From Limnochordia bacterium (lineage in GTDB: Bacteria > Bacillota > Limnochordia > DTU080): a stretch of DNA of 64,000 bases. How positions within the stretch are numbered: position 1 is the first letter of the stretch; each line of letters begins with the position of its first letter. A model generated the notes under the pieces. It was not told the origin of the DNA. It saw only the letters and a program-made list of their open reading frames with translations, and did no database searches. Location: the NCBI GenBank assembly GCA_050951545.1, contig JBMNJG010000012.1:256001-320000 (forward strand), read 5' to 3'. Position numbers and translations under genes: made by a program. Positions 46,244 to 56,055 of the stretch are shown piece by piece.

Positions 46244-47286
46244 TGCATATCCTCCCCATCTGTGTCCTTGCTTAGTTCAAGCATGCGCCGGGCTGCACCC
46301 TCGTCGGTTATGTAGATGTCTTGGTGACCAGTCGACATCACAGCAAGCGCAGCCTCCGCCTTGCTTTGGCCTCCACCAACCGCGATAACCATGTCGACGC
46401 TGCGGAGATCATCCAGACTCAGCCCTACGCTCCTTGTCGTGTACACAATCTCTCCATGGCTGTCAAAGTAGTACCCGAGGGCCTCGCCTACAGCCTGCTT
46501 CTCCTCGAGATGTCGCTGTAGTTCGGGCGATAGGCCCCGCCGTCTGGCCATGTCGGCAGCTGTGCCTATGCCATGTAACACGACTCGCGCTGAGCGGATA
46601 CACTCCAGTAGCTGACGGATCTTCGGATCACAGGCTATAGACGCCATAGTCTCCTCTCCGAGATCATCCGGGACATGCAGCAGTCGGTAGTTGCCACCTA
46701 GCCTCTCTGCAATCCGAGCAGCAACGCTGTTAGCTTGCAGCTCAACCTCTTCACCCAGCCCGCCCCGCGCAGGCACCACCCACAGATCGCGGTCTCCATA
46801 TTGAGTGGGAAGGCTATTGGCAACTTCGGCCAGTGTCGTTCCGCCAGTGACCGCCAGCACATCGCCCTCTTTCAAGACTTCATCAAGCAGCCTCGCCGTC
46901 GCTCTGGCAATCTCTTTTTTCACCGTTTCGTCGCGATCTGCATCGCCGGGAACAACGACCACTTTCTTCAGCGTTAGTCGCTGTGTCAACAGCTCTTCTA
47001 GTTTCACCAGGTCGTGCAAATCCCTAATAACACTCTTCAAACCCAGCAACACGCTTTCGCCAGTTGCTGTGACGACCATTCCCGCGGGCTCAGTCTCAAT
47101 GAGCCCTGCCTCGCGCAGAAAGCCAATCTCTTTGCGCACCATACGCTCTGGCCAGGCCAATCGGGTAGCCAAAGCACGGCGACCTATCGGCTGCTGCATA
47201 AACACGTGTTGCAGCACGACGTGCCGCCGCTCGATTAACTCGGCCACTTCGGGTGCGATCTTACACAACATTTGGAGCCGATCCAT
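46240..47286 (-). CDS. cggR: Central glycolytic genes regulator
   Basis: [25 protein letters not shown]; first gene of the gap operon. Confidence 0.93.
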   Translation of the reverse strand: MDRLQMLCKIAPEVAELIERRHVVLQHVFMQQPIGRRALATRLAWPERMVRKEIGFLREAGLIETEPAGMVVTATGESVLLGLKSVIRDLHDLVKLEELLTQRLTLKKVVVVPGDADRDETVKKEIARATARLLDEVLKEGDVLAVTGGTTLAEVANSLPTQYGDRDLWVVPARGGLGEEVELQANSVAARIAERLGGNYRLLHVPDDLGEETMASIACDPKIRQLLECIRSARVVLHGIGTAADMARRRGLSPELQRHLEEKQAVGEALGYYFDSHGEIVYTTRSVGLSLDDLRSVDMVIAVGGGQSKAEAALAVMSTGHQDIYITDEGAARRMLELSKDTDGEDMQ

Positions 47287-47340
47287 TCAGTACCGCTCCC
47301 GACTTGGTGATACATGTGCGGAAGGCGTACACGCCGCCAA

Positions 47341-47377
47341 GCTAATATCCGTCCCACCCGGGACAAAATCTAGACCG
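47341..47377 (-). promoter_or_regulatory. Probable CggR operator
   Basis: CGGTCTAGATTTTGTCCCGGGTGGGACGGATATTAGC resembles the B. subtilis CGGGAC-N6-TGTC direct repeat. Confidence 0.5.
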
Positions 47378-47439
47378 CCATGGCAGGATTCTCCACCCTC
47401 CTGGCTCTATCCTGCCGGACTGCCGAATATCATTCGGCT

Positions 47440-48354
47440 CTAGCGGTGATATTCTTCCCCATGAGACGTGTTTCTCTCCTCGGAATGCTCGAACCCCATT
47501 TCCATGGCCATAGTCAGTAGCTTCCGCAAGCGGTAGTTTACAGCTGATTTCGAGAGTCTCGGTTCCAGGCTCTCACCCAACTCTGCCAAAGTGGCGTAGG
47601 GCATAGCAAGCCTGGCTCGGGCCACAGTGCGCAGGCGGTATGGCAGGGCCTCAAGGCCTATCCTCTCGGTCAGGAAATCAATGGCCGCCAACTGGTGCAT
47701 ACTGGCAGTGACGGTTTTGTCGACATTGGCGGTTTCGGCGTTGACCAGGCGGTTGACGCGGTTCTTGACGCCTTTCATGACCCGGATGTTTTCCAGCTTG
47801 AGAAGAGCCTGATGCGCCCCCACCAGGCGTAGGAATTCGCATATATGATCCCCGTCTTTTAAGTAGACCACATAGCCCTGGCGCTTTGGTGCCAAACCGG
47901 CCGCGGTCAGACCTAGGCCCACGAACAGGGCCATGAGTCCTTGAGCTACCTCTAGCGATTTCGCAGAGATCTCCAAATGGTACATCCGATCGGGCGCAGC
48001 CATTGACCCATATGCTAGAAAAGCTCCGCGCAGATACGCTCTTTGGCAGCACCAGCGTTTCGGAAGAAGGCTTTCAGGGTCCTGATCCACGATTCCCGGA
48101 AAACGCGCCACACAGACGTGATAGCGGCGGGCCCGCCGTGAGCTATCTATTTTTAGCAGAGGTCTGCCTGCATTCTTCCCGTCGAGCAGTATGTACACTT
48201 TTCGGGCGCTTGCCGCATTACCGAGATTGATCTCTAGGCGCTGGGGTCCGCTGCTCATTCGAAGTGCCATTCCAGCTACTTCAGCAAGATGGCAACAGGT
48301 GGTTTCGGGAATGATGCGTGCCAACTCGTCACGCACACTGCTCGAGAAAGACAA
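47440..48354 (-). CDS. whiA: DNA-binding protein WhiA
   Basis: SFSSSVRDEL, YLRGAFL..GS..P...YHLE, NRLVNAETAN, SKSAVNYRLRKL. Confidence 0.95.
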   Translation of the reverse strand: MSFSSSVRDELARIIPETTCCHLAEVAGMALRMSSGPQRLEINLGNAASARKVYILLDGKNAGRPLLKIDSSRRARRYHVCVARFPGIVDQDPESLLPKRWCCQRAYLRGAFLAYGSMAAPDRMYHLEISAKSLEVAQGLMALFVGLGLTAAGLAPKRQGYVVYLKDGDHICEFLRLVGAHQALLKLENIRVMKGVKNRVNRLVNAETANVDKTVTASMHQLAAIDFLTERIGLEALPYRLRTVARARLAMPYATLAELGESLEPRLSKSAVNYRLRKLLTMAMEMGFEHSEERNTSHGEEYHR

Positions 48355-48382
48355 CGACTACAGCTCCCGCGATGAGTATTTC

Positions 48383-49711
48383 CTATTTGTGAAAGAGATG
48401 AGAAAGCGGCTGGGGTCTCTTTCCGCAGCGTACCAATTCCATGATAGCCTCAGCGAGCTTCTGGGGATGATGCCGCGCCAGGTCTGATTCATCAATGAGA
48501 GGACGCATAACAGGAGTTATACCCAGTTCCCGAATTTTGGCTGTGTCAGTCGCCACGGCGTGAGCTCCCCGGTTTTCATATCGCTTTGCTACGTGCTGGG
48601 GAATGGCTGCGCTGTTCAGCAGGCAGTAATGGATCAACCCAGGACCGCCATGCTCAAGAATGGCCCGAAGATGCTCGGAGGCGTCGAACCCATCGGTTTC
48701 ACCAGGTTGCGTCATGACATTGCATATGTAGACCTTGAGTGCAGCTGAAGCACGGATGCGGTCTGCTACGCTTTGCACGAGCAGATTTGGAATCACGCTT
48801 GTATACAGACTTCCCGGGCCTAGCAAGATGGCATCGGCTGCATCGATTGCTTCTAGCGCAGCGTTTACAGGCAAGGCGTCTGGTGGTTCGAGATAGACAC
48901 GCTCGATACGCTTCTTGTCCTGGGGTATGTGGCTCTCACCCCTAGCCTCGGTACCATCTTGATAGACTGCGCGCAAGATGACGGATTGGAGAGTACTAGG
49001 TAGTACTCTTCCGCGAATCGCCAGGACTTTTGACGACTGGCGCACTGCGTGCTCGAAGTCGCCGGCGATCTGATGCATGGCAGTAATGAACAGGTTACCG
49101 AAACTATGGCCCTCCAAACCGTGACCTGCGGAGAAGCGGTATTGAAAGAGGGCTTCCATCAATGGTTCGGTATCTGCAAGGGCAACCAGTGTGTTACGGA
49201 TATCACCCGGCGGTAGGGTACCGAAATCCTCACGCAGACGTCCCGAGCTACCGCCGTCATCAGCCATGGCCACGATAGCTGTGATATTGCTGGTATGCTC
49301 TTTCATGCCGCGTAAGAGAGTGGCTAGGCCTGTACCTCCACCAATGACAACCACATGCGGGCCCCGTCGTAGGTGACGACGTTCAAACATGATACTGGCA
49401 ACATCCTCGGCATCCTCCGGCGCTAACTCGCACAGTAGTGTGTGTACGGTCTGTCGGAAGCCCGTGGCCACCAAGAAGATGCCTAGCGCGATTAGAGTGC
49501 CTCCAAGCGTTACTGAGGCGTAGACGGGAAAACGTCCCGTGAAACTAAGCAGCCTGCGCGTGACGAGGCTCTCGAGCCCAGCTAAGATCTCGATGCCGAC
49601 AACAAGCCAGAGACCTCCGCTTATAAGCAAGATGCCTATGATCAGCAGCGCCATCCAACGTTTGACGCGCATGCCCGGGTACAACCATTTGAGAAAACGT
49701 GCCATCATCAA
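48383..49711 (-). CDS. yvcK: YvcK/GlmR family UDP-GlcNAc-binding gluconeogenesis factor with N-terminal TM helices
   Basis: IGGGTGL, DDGGSSG, PPGDIRN, GPGSLYTS, NVMTQPGET. Confidence 0.93.
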   Translation of the reverse strand: MMMARFLKWLYPGMRVKRWMALLIIGILLISGGLWLVVGIEILAGLESLVTRRLLSFTGRFPVYASVTLGGTLIALGIFLVATGFRQTVHTLLCELAPEDAEDVASIMFERRHLRRGPHVVVIGGGTGLATLLRGMKEHTSNITAIVAMADDGGSSGRLREDFGTLPPGDIRNTLVALADTEPLMEALFQYRFSAGHGLEGHSFGNLFITAMHQIAGDFEHAVRQSSKVLAIRGRVLPSTLQSVILRAVYQDGTEARGESHIPQDKKRIERVYLEPPDALPVNAALEAIDAADAILLGPGSLYTSVIPNLLVQSVADRIRASAALKVYICNVMTQPGETDGFDASEHLRAILEHGGPGLIHYCLLNSAAIPQHVAKRYENRGAHAVATDTAKIRELGITPVMRPLIDESDLARHHPQKLAEAIMELVRCGKRPQPLSHLFHK

Positions 49712-49719
49712 TGACCTCG

Positions 49720-50619
49720 CTACGACATCACCCCATCAAAGGCGGGTCGCTCTTCATCTATGTCGCGGTGATCCACGCGACATTGGTAACCTTGTGCGCG
49801 CACATGCTCTGCTAGACGGTTTGCGATGGCTACGGAGCGATGCTGACCACCTGTGCAGCCAATGGCTAAGATAAAATGCGTCTTTCCTTCATTCACGAAC
49901 TGAGGAAGAAGGAAGGTGATTAGATCACATGTCTTCTCCATGAAGCGTTGCGTGATGGGCCAGCGGAAGACGTATTCTGTAACGCCAGGATCATTGCCAG
50001 TCAGCGCCTGGAGAGAAGCTACGTAGTGCGGATTCGGCAGAAATCGAACGTCTAAGACGATATCCGCATCAAGGGGAAGTCCATGTTTGAAGCCAAAAGA
50101 GATGACGTTCACTGTGAGCCGATCAGACTCATTAGTGCCAAACTCGCGGGCGATCTCAGCCTGCAACTGGCGTGGAGTGAGATTAGATGTGTTGATGATG
50201 CGGTGTGAACGCCCGCGCAACCCTTCCAGCCGTCGACGCTCCTGACGCAAAGCTTCAAGAATGCCACCTCCAGGGGTGAGCGGATGGCGTCGACGGGTCT
50301 CTTTGAAACGTCGGATGAGCACGTCATCACTGGCTTCAAGGTAAAGGATCTGGTAGGCAAAGCCAGTACACTCGAGTTCACCGAGTGCATCGGCAAGAGA
50401 ATCAAAGAACTCACCGCTGCGTACATCGCAAACGAGAGCAATGCGGTTAACCCCACCAGTGGACTGCGCACACAACTCAGCGAACTTGGGCACCAAGGCC
50501 GGGGGAATGTTGTCGACACAGAAATAGCCAAGATCCTCAAAACACCGGATGGCCTCGGATTTGCCCGCTCCAGAAAGCCCTGTGATAATGACAAACCGAA
50601 CGTCGCTACCCAAGCTCAC
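49720..50619 (-). CDS. rapZ: RNase adapter RapZ / YvcJ
   Basis: TGLSGAGKS, ETRRRHPL, SFGFKHG, DVRFLPNP, GCTGGQHRSV. Confidence 0.95.
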   Translation of the reverse strand: MSLGSDVRFVIITGLSGAGKSEAIRCFEDLGYFCVDNIPPALVPKFAELCAQSTGGVNRIALVCDVRSGEFFDSLADALGELECTGFAYQILYLEASDDVLIRRFKETRRRHPLTPGGGILEALRQERRRLEGLRGRSHRIINTSNLTPRQLQAEIAREFGTNESDRLTVNVISFGFKHGLPLDADIVLDVRFLPNPHYVASLQALTGNDPGVTEYVFRWPITQRFMEKTCDLITFLLPQFVNEGKTHFILAIGCTGGQHRSVAIANRLAEHVRAQGYQCRVDHRDIDEERPAFDGVMS

Positions 50620-50720
50620 ACCTCGCGCGCAATGACGTGTGAACTGATTTCGCTTCCCCCGAGCCTATCCCTGCCCCAACATGGGCGTGAGAGCGTCTGC
50701 GGAGGTGGAATCATATGGTC

Positions 50721-51446
50721 CTACACTGAGTCGTCCATCGCGTTGAGCACCTGCTCAGCTTGTAGGCCCGCCCGCTCAACCAGATCCAGGCCATACTGCA
50801 GGTCACCAACTCGTTCTGGCGTGTGGGCGTCGCTGCCAATTGCCAAGCGTGCCCCCTCTTGCGCCACCAACTCCACATAACGTAAGCCAGTGTGGCGATG
50901 CCCGGTGTTTATCTCCAGCGCTGTGCCCGTAGCTGCACAGGCCCGGGCCAGTTCAGCGGTATCTATGGGGAGCCTTAGCCCCGGGTGAGTGACAATAGCG
51001 ATGCGATTACGGTAGACTGCCGAGACCAGAAGGTCCGTGTTGACCACGAGTGCCGACTTCTCACTCATATTTCCGAGCCCTACTTTCAATGCGTCCCACC
51101 ATGCATGTGGTCTAACCATGATATGCAGACCTGCCAAGATCAGATCGAAATCTCTCTGCATGGCAGGCGGGATATCCAGAAGTCCATCCTTTCCCACAAC
51201 GTTGGCCTCCACTGCTAGGAGCACCTGTAGGCCTGGCAACTGAGCGTTTGCTTGATCAACGTCTTTGCGGATGTGCTCGAAGGTATTGAGACTGGCCACT
51301 CCTACCCCGAAAAGACTGGCTGGTCCATGATCTGCGATCGCCACCTGTGACAGCCCCCGGGCTTGAGCGGCTAATGCGTTATCACATACGCTCCCTGAAC
51401 CATGGCTATAGAACGTGTGAGTGTGATAGTCGGCAAACAGGCGCAT
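50721..51446 (-). CDS. PHP domain phosphoesterase
   Basis: DYHTHT..SHG, IADHGP, THPG, EIN, GSDAH. Confidence 0.9.
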   Translation of the reverse strand: MRLFADYHTHTFYSHGSGSVCDNALAAQARGLSQVAIADHGPASLFGVGVASLNTFEHIRKDVDQANAQLPGLQVLLAVEANVVGKDGLLDIPPAMQRDFDLILAGLHIMVRPHAWWDALKVGLGNMSEKSALVVNTDLLVSAVYRNRIAIVTHPGLRLPIDTAELARACAATGTALEINTGHRHTGLRYVELVAQEGARLAIGSDAHTPERVGDLQYGLDLVERAGLQAEQVLNAMDDSV

Positions 51447-51448
51447 GG

Positions 51449-53440
51449 TCAGGGTACCTTGGGTTCTTTGCGATCAAACTCCTCCACCCACAGACGCAGA
51501 AGCTCTGCCACACTCCAGGCCTGCGCGAAGCACCCACCCGGTCGGTAGGGGGGCTCACCGTCAAAGACTTCGGAGATATGCCCGAGACCAGCCTCGGCAA
51601 GCTGATCCAAGAGCGGAGCTATCATGTGCATGGCTACACCTTCCGTAGCAGGAGATTGCCCAAAGGCATACCGATAGGCACTGACGAAAGGTCCGATAAG
51701 CCAGGCCCAGACAGTCCCTCTGTGATAGGCGCTGTCTCGTGCCCACTGATCACCCTGGTACACTGGTTCATACAGCGCATCGCGATAGGACAAGGAGCGC
51801 AGCCCGACTGGCGTCAGCAAGTCCTCCCACACTCTCCTGACGATGAGGCGCGCTCTGTCTTCGCTGCACAGTGGATAGGGCAGGCTGAGGGCAAACAGCT
51901 GGTTGGGTCGCAAGCTGGAATCGATCTTCCCATCTTGGGTAATAACATCGGCAAGATAGCCTTGCTCCGGCAGCCAGAAGCTCGGTAGGAAGTGCATAGC
52001 GGTCAGCTCGGCCCGCTCTCGGCACGCAGCACTAAAAGCAGCATCCCACTCTCGACCGATCAAAGCTGCGCAGCGCAACGCGTTGTACCACAGAGCAGTG
52101 ACTTCTACTGGATAGCCCTGGCGGGGAGTGACTACCCAATCCCCAACTTTTGCATCCATCCAGGTTAGTTGGAGCCCCGGTGCATCTGCCCTCACTAATC
52201 CCCTTGCATCTACACCGATGCCGAACCTAGTTCCGCGCTGGTAACCTTTGATGATCGCCGTGATGGCGGGCCACAAGGGTTTCATGCCAGCCACATCACC
52301 CGTATAGCGCAAGTACTTGTAGCAGGCATAGATAAACCATAGCGATGCGTCGACAGTGTTATACTCCGGGGTCTCTGAGCTGTCCGGGAAGCGATTAGGA
52401 ATCAGCCCATCACTTTCGGCTTCTGCGAACGTGGTGAGCACTTCCAGAGCTTCGTCTGATCTGCCTGTAGCCAAGAGCAGTCCGGGAATGCAAATCATGG
52501 CATCTCTGCCCCAATCCGTGAACCAGGGGTACCCTGCGACTATGCTTGCACTGCCGCGGCGTTGGATAACGTACGCGTCTGCCGCTACCACGAGATTCGC
52601 TATCGCTCCGGTCGGGCGACCAGCTCGCTGCAGCAGTTTGACCTGGCGTGGAGTAACGCTTTCACAGCCCTGGAACATGGAAATCTTCACCGTGAGCGAT
52701 TCGGTGGGAGTGGCTTCGCTTGTCGCCACAAACCAGGCTTCGCCTCCGGTTTCGAGATCCGTAACGAACGTTCCAGGAACAAAGAGATCCTCTTCGTGGT
52801 CTAGGCCGCGAGAGGCTTCCACAGCATAGGTCACATTGTCATACCATGTCTCACCGGGCTCGAATGCTCCGGAAGAGGCCAGCCACAGTTCGGGTACGTC
52901 TTTTGTGGCCCGCAGGCGCGTCGCTAATGAGCCATGGTCTACTGTGAAACGCACCCCATGGCAGCGCTGTGTCGCGTGGTAGTGGCGAGCTGCCACAAAG
53001 GGTCTTAGCACCAAGCGGATTTTCGTAGGCGCTGTCAACAGGCGGTAGCCCACCATGACGGTGTTCTGCCCGTAATCCATGGCTATGCGCTTCTCCAGCA
53101 TCCATGATCTCGCCGCATAGATCCACGTAGGATTGGGGTACAAAGTGAACCGCTGCAGGAACTCGAAGCCTCTAGGATGGATACTGTCATCTCGGTAGGC
53201 GAAGGCACCCAGATGACAACTGTCCTCTCCTACCTGCACCTCCTCATGCAGCTGTGCGAGCAGCAGGTAGCGATCGGGGCCACCGGGTGCTGCAATCAGA
53301 AGCCCGTGGTAGCGGCGCGTGTTGATACCAGCTACCGTGCCAGAGGCGAAGCCCCCCAGACCGTTGGTGATCAACCATTCCGAGCTAGTGGAACTCTCAA
53401 GGTTGCAGGCTTTGCTTCCTGAAAGTGTTATTTGCCGCAC
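51449..53440 (-). CDS. Glycogen debranching enzyme (amylo-alpha-1,6-glucosidase)
   Basis: EWLITNGLGGFASG, TRRYHGLL, AGYPWFTDWGRD, LTWMDAK, YHRGTVW, QAWSVAE. Confidence 0.93.
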   Translation of the reverse strand: MRQITLSGSKACNLESSTSSEWLITNGLGGFASGTVAGINTRRYHGLLIAAPGGPDRYLLLAQLHEEVQVGEDSCHLGAFAYRDDSIHPRGFEFLQRFTLYPNPTWIYAARSWMLEKRIAMDYGQNTVMVGYRLLTAPTKIRLVLRPFVAARHYHATQRCHGVRFTVDHGSLATRLRATKDVPELWLASSGAFEPGETWYDNVTYAVEASRGLDHEEDLFVPGTFVTDLETGGEAWFVATSEATPTESLTVKISMFQGCESVTPRQVKLLQRAGRPTGAIANLVVAADAYVIQRRGSASIVAGYPWFTDWGRDAMICIPGLLLATGRSDEALEVLTTFAEAESDGLIPNRFPDSSETPEYNTVDASLWFIYACYKYLRYTGDVAGMKPLWPAITAIIKGYQRGTRFGIGVDARGLVRADAPGLQLTWMDAKVGDWVVTPRQGYPVEVTALWYNALRCAALIGREWDAAFSAACRERAELTAMHFLPSFWLPEQGYLADVITQDGKIDSSLRPNQLFALSLPYPLCSEDRARLIVRRVWEDLLTPVGLRSLSYRDALYEPVYQGDQWARDSAYHRGTVWAWLIGPFVSAYRYAFGQSPATEGVAMHMIAPLLDQLAEAGLGHISEVFDGEPPYRPGGCFAQAWSVAELLRLWVEEFDRKEPKVP

Positions 53441-53496
53441 GCCATCTCCCCTATGCTAGCGTGGGCAAAAAGGCGACTGCAAATACAGCGGGTTCT

Positions 53497-54882
53497 TCAG
53501 GCGTGTATGGTCAGTCCTGCAATGCCATCCGCTGCCTCCATCAATGCTTCGCTAAGCGTCGGATGGGTGTGAATGGTCTGGGCTAGCTGATCAGCGCGTA
53601 GGCCGTACTCAATCGCCAGGGTAGCTTCTGAGATCAATGTTGCCGCTTGCGCACCGATAATGTGCACGCCCACGATGCGCTGGCTTTCACGATCGGCGAG
53701 AATCTTGACGAAACCTTCAGTCTCGCCCTCAGCGATGGCCTTCCCGTTGCCCATAAATGGGAACTTGGAGGATGAGATATCCATTCCCGCCTCTTTGCAC
53801 TGCTGGGTGGTCAAGCCAACCGAAGCCACTTCTGGAGAGGAGAAGATCGCAGAAGGTATCGCTTGGTAACTCATCTCTACCTCTTCTCCCATGATACGGT
53901 GAGCGGCAACAATCCCCTGTCGTGAAGCTACATGCGCCAGCTTCCAGGGCGTAGCAGCTACATCACCGATGGCATACACGCCAGGCGCAGTCGTAGCCAT
54001 AGTGGCGTCCACCATGATCTCCCCCTGGGCGTGAAGTTCAACGCCCACTCTGTCCAAGTTCAGTCCACTGGAGTTTGGACGACGGCCGATGGCTATCAGT
54101 ACCATGTCACAGGAGATCGATTGTCCTCCGGCGATGGCCACAGTCAGCTCATCATCTTTCTTTACGGCTTCGACCTTAGCACCCATCATTAGGTTAATAC
54201 CGCGACGTTTGAAGTAGCTTGACAGCTGTCGCGATATTTCGTAATCCACCATGGGCAAAAGAGCAGGCAAAGCTTCAATGATGGTAACCTTGGAGCCCAA
54301 CAAGCCAAAGATGGAGGCAAACTCGCACCCAATAACGCCACCGCCAATGATCGCTATACGTGCTGGCAACTGCTTGAGGCGAAGCACTTCGTCGGAGGTG
54401 ACCACCCGCACTCCGTCATAGGCGAAAGCAGGAACAACTATGGGTTTGCTGCCTGTGGCCACGATGACATTGTGGGCTGCGACCTCTACAGACCCACTCT
54501 CTTGTGCAACTCGTAGCAGATGCTGATCCGCAAATGCCGCGTGTCCGGAGATCACGTCTACTTTGCGCTTGCGTAACAGGAACTCGACGCCTTTGGCGAG
54601 ACGCTCAACCGTCGCTGCGCTGCGAGCACTCATTGCTGCGAAGTCTGGCTCCACGTTGTCGGCCCGAAACCCGAACGCCGCGCCATTGCCCGCCTGGTTA
54701 TAGGCTCGCGCACTAGCCACAAAGGCTTTGGTGGGAATGCAGCCCCTATTGAGACAGGTCCCCCCCAGTTGCGCTTTTTCCACCAAACAGACTCGAGCCC
54801 CCAACTGGGCGGCCCTAATCGCCGCAACATAGCCCCCTGGTCCGGCACCGATTACCGCTACATCGTAGGTGTTTTCTGACAT
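53497..54882 (-). CDS. lpdA: Dihydrolipoyl dehydrogenase
   Basis: GAGPGGY, GGTCLNRGCIPTK, GGGVIGCE, HPTLSE. Confidence 0.94.
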   Translation of the reverse strand: MSENTYDVAVIGAGPGGYVAAIRAAQLGARVCLVEKAQLGGTCLNRGCIPTKAFVASARAYNQAGNGAAFGFRADNVEPDFAAMSARSAATVERLAKGVEFLLRKRKVDVISGHAAFADQHLLRVAQESGSVEVAAHNVIVATGSKPIVVPAFAYDGVRVVTSDEVLRLKQLPARIAIIGGGVIGCEFASIFGLLGSKVTIIEALPALLPMVDYEISRQLSSYFKRRGINLMMGAKVEAVKKDDELTVAIAGGQSISCDMVLIAIGRRPNSSGLNLDRVGVELHAQGEIMVDATMATTAPGVYAIGDVAATPWKLAHVASRQGIVAAHRIMGEEVEMSYQAIPSAIFSSPEVASVGLTTQQCKEAGMDISSSKFPFMGNGKAIAEGETEGFVKILADRESQRIVGVHIIGAQAATLISEATLAIEYGLRADQLAQTIHTHPTLSEALMEAADGIAGLTIHA

Positions 54883-54930
54883 GATCTTCTGCCCCTTTCC
54901 AGTAGACATCGCAGATGAGGCTGGTGAACC

Positions 54931-56055
54931 CTAGCTTTGTGTATATAGCCGAGGTACCCGCGGGCTCAGTGCACAGATGATTTCGTAGCTAATCGTCCCG
55001 GCGGCATCTGCCAGATCGTCAGCGGTGATCTGTTCTCCGCCTTGCCTACCCATGAACACGACCTCTTCACCCACGCGTGCCGGGTATTCCCCAACATCAA
55101 TCAGGCACTGATCCATGCAGATTCGACCCACGATCGGAAAGCGCTGACCTCCCAGCAGTACGTGACCTCGTGGATGCAAACGTCGGGTTAGCCCATCGGC
55201 ATAGCCCATAGGTAATGTAGCAATCGTGGTTTCGGAAGGCGTCACGTAGGTAGCACCGTAACTTACCGGCGACCCTGCGGGTAGCCGACGTACTGCAACG
55301 ACACGCCCGCGCCATGACATCGCGGGCTTCAAGGGTATGACATGGGCGAGGGCTGGTGATGGGCTGTAGCCATAGATACCGATACCGCTGCGGGCGAGGT
55401 TACATCCGTCTGCGAACGACTGCTGCAGACCTGCCGTATTCTGGGCATGGCACCATCGCGGATGCACGCCAGCTGTCGCCAAAGCATCCCTGGCTTGAGA
55501 GAACCTTCGTAACTGGACGAGGGAGTAAGCGGTATTGGGTTCGTCGGCTGTGGCCAGATGGGTGTAGAGTCCTTCTACTAAGACGCCGCTCTCCTGAAGC
55601 TGGCGTCCTGCACTCACCGCTTTTGAGGGGGAGAAGCCTAAGCGAGCCATGCCCGTATCGATTTTCAGATGCGCCTGCAGTTGGTGCCCTTGAGCAGCGG
55701 CGCGACAAGCAGCCTCCACTGCCTCGGGTGTTGCTACAGTGGCCGCCAGCGTGTACTCGACGAAGAGCCGCTCCTGTCCTGGAAACAATGCACCGAAAAC
55801 CAGTATCGGGGCCTCAATACCTGCTTGCCGTAGCTCAACTCCCTCCTCAGGGGTGGCTACACCGAGCCACGAAGCTCCTGCGTCCAGACAGGCTTTGGCT
55901 ACTGGTGCCGCTCCGTGACCATAGGCGTTGGCCTTGACGACTGCCATCAGCTTCCGGTTACCGCAGGCGGTCACGAGGGCTCTTACGTTGTCTTGGATGT
56001 GACCCAGGTGGATCTCTGCCCACAAAGGGCGACGTGTGGCGTCAAGCTTCATCAT
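54931..56055 (-). CDS. alr: Alanine racemase
   Basis: AVVKANAYGHG, KIDTGM.RLG, GYADG, GRICMDQ. Confidence 0.96.
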   Translation of the reverse strand: MMKLDATRRPLWAEIHLGHIQDNVRALVTACGNRKLMAVVKANAYGHGAAPVAKACLDAGASWLGVATPEEGVELRQAGIEAPILVFGALFPGQERLFVEYTLAATVATPEAVEAACRAAAQGHQLQAHLKIDTGMARLGFSPSKAVSAGRQLQESGVLVEGLYTHLATADEPNTAYSLVQLRRFSQARDALATAGVHPRWCHAQNTAGLQQSFADGCNLARSGIGIYGYSPSPALAHVIPLKPAMSWRGRVVAVRRLPAGSPVSYGATYVTPSETTIATLPMGYADGLTRRLHPRGHVLLGGQRFPIVGRICMDQCLIDVGEYPARVGEEVVFMGRQGGEQITADDLADAAGTISYEIICALSPRVPRLYTQS

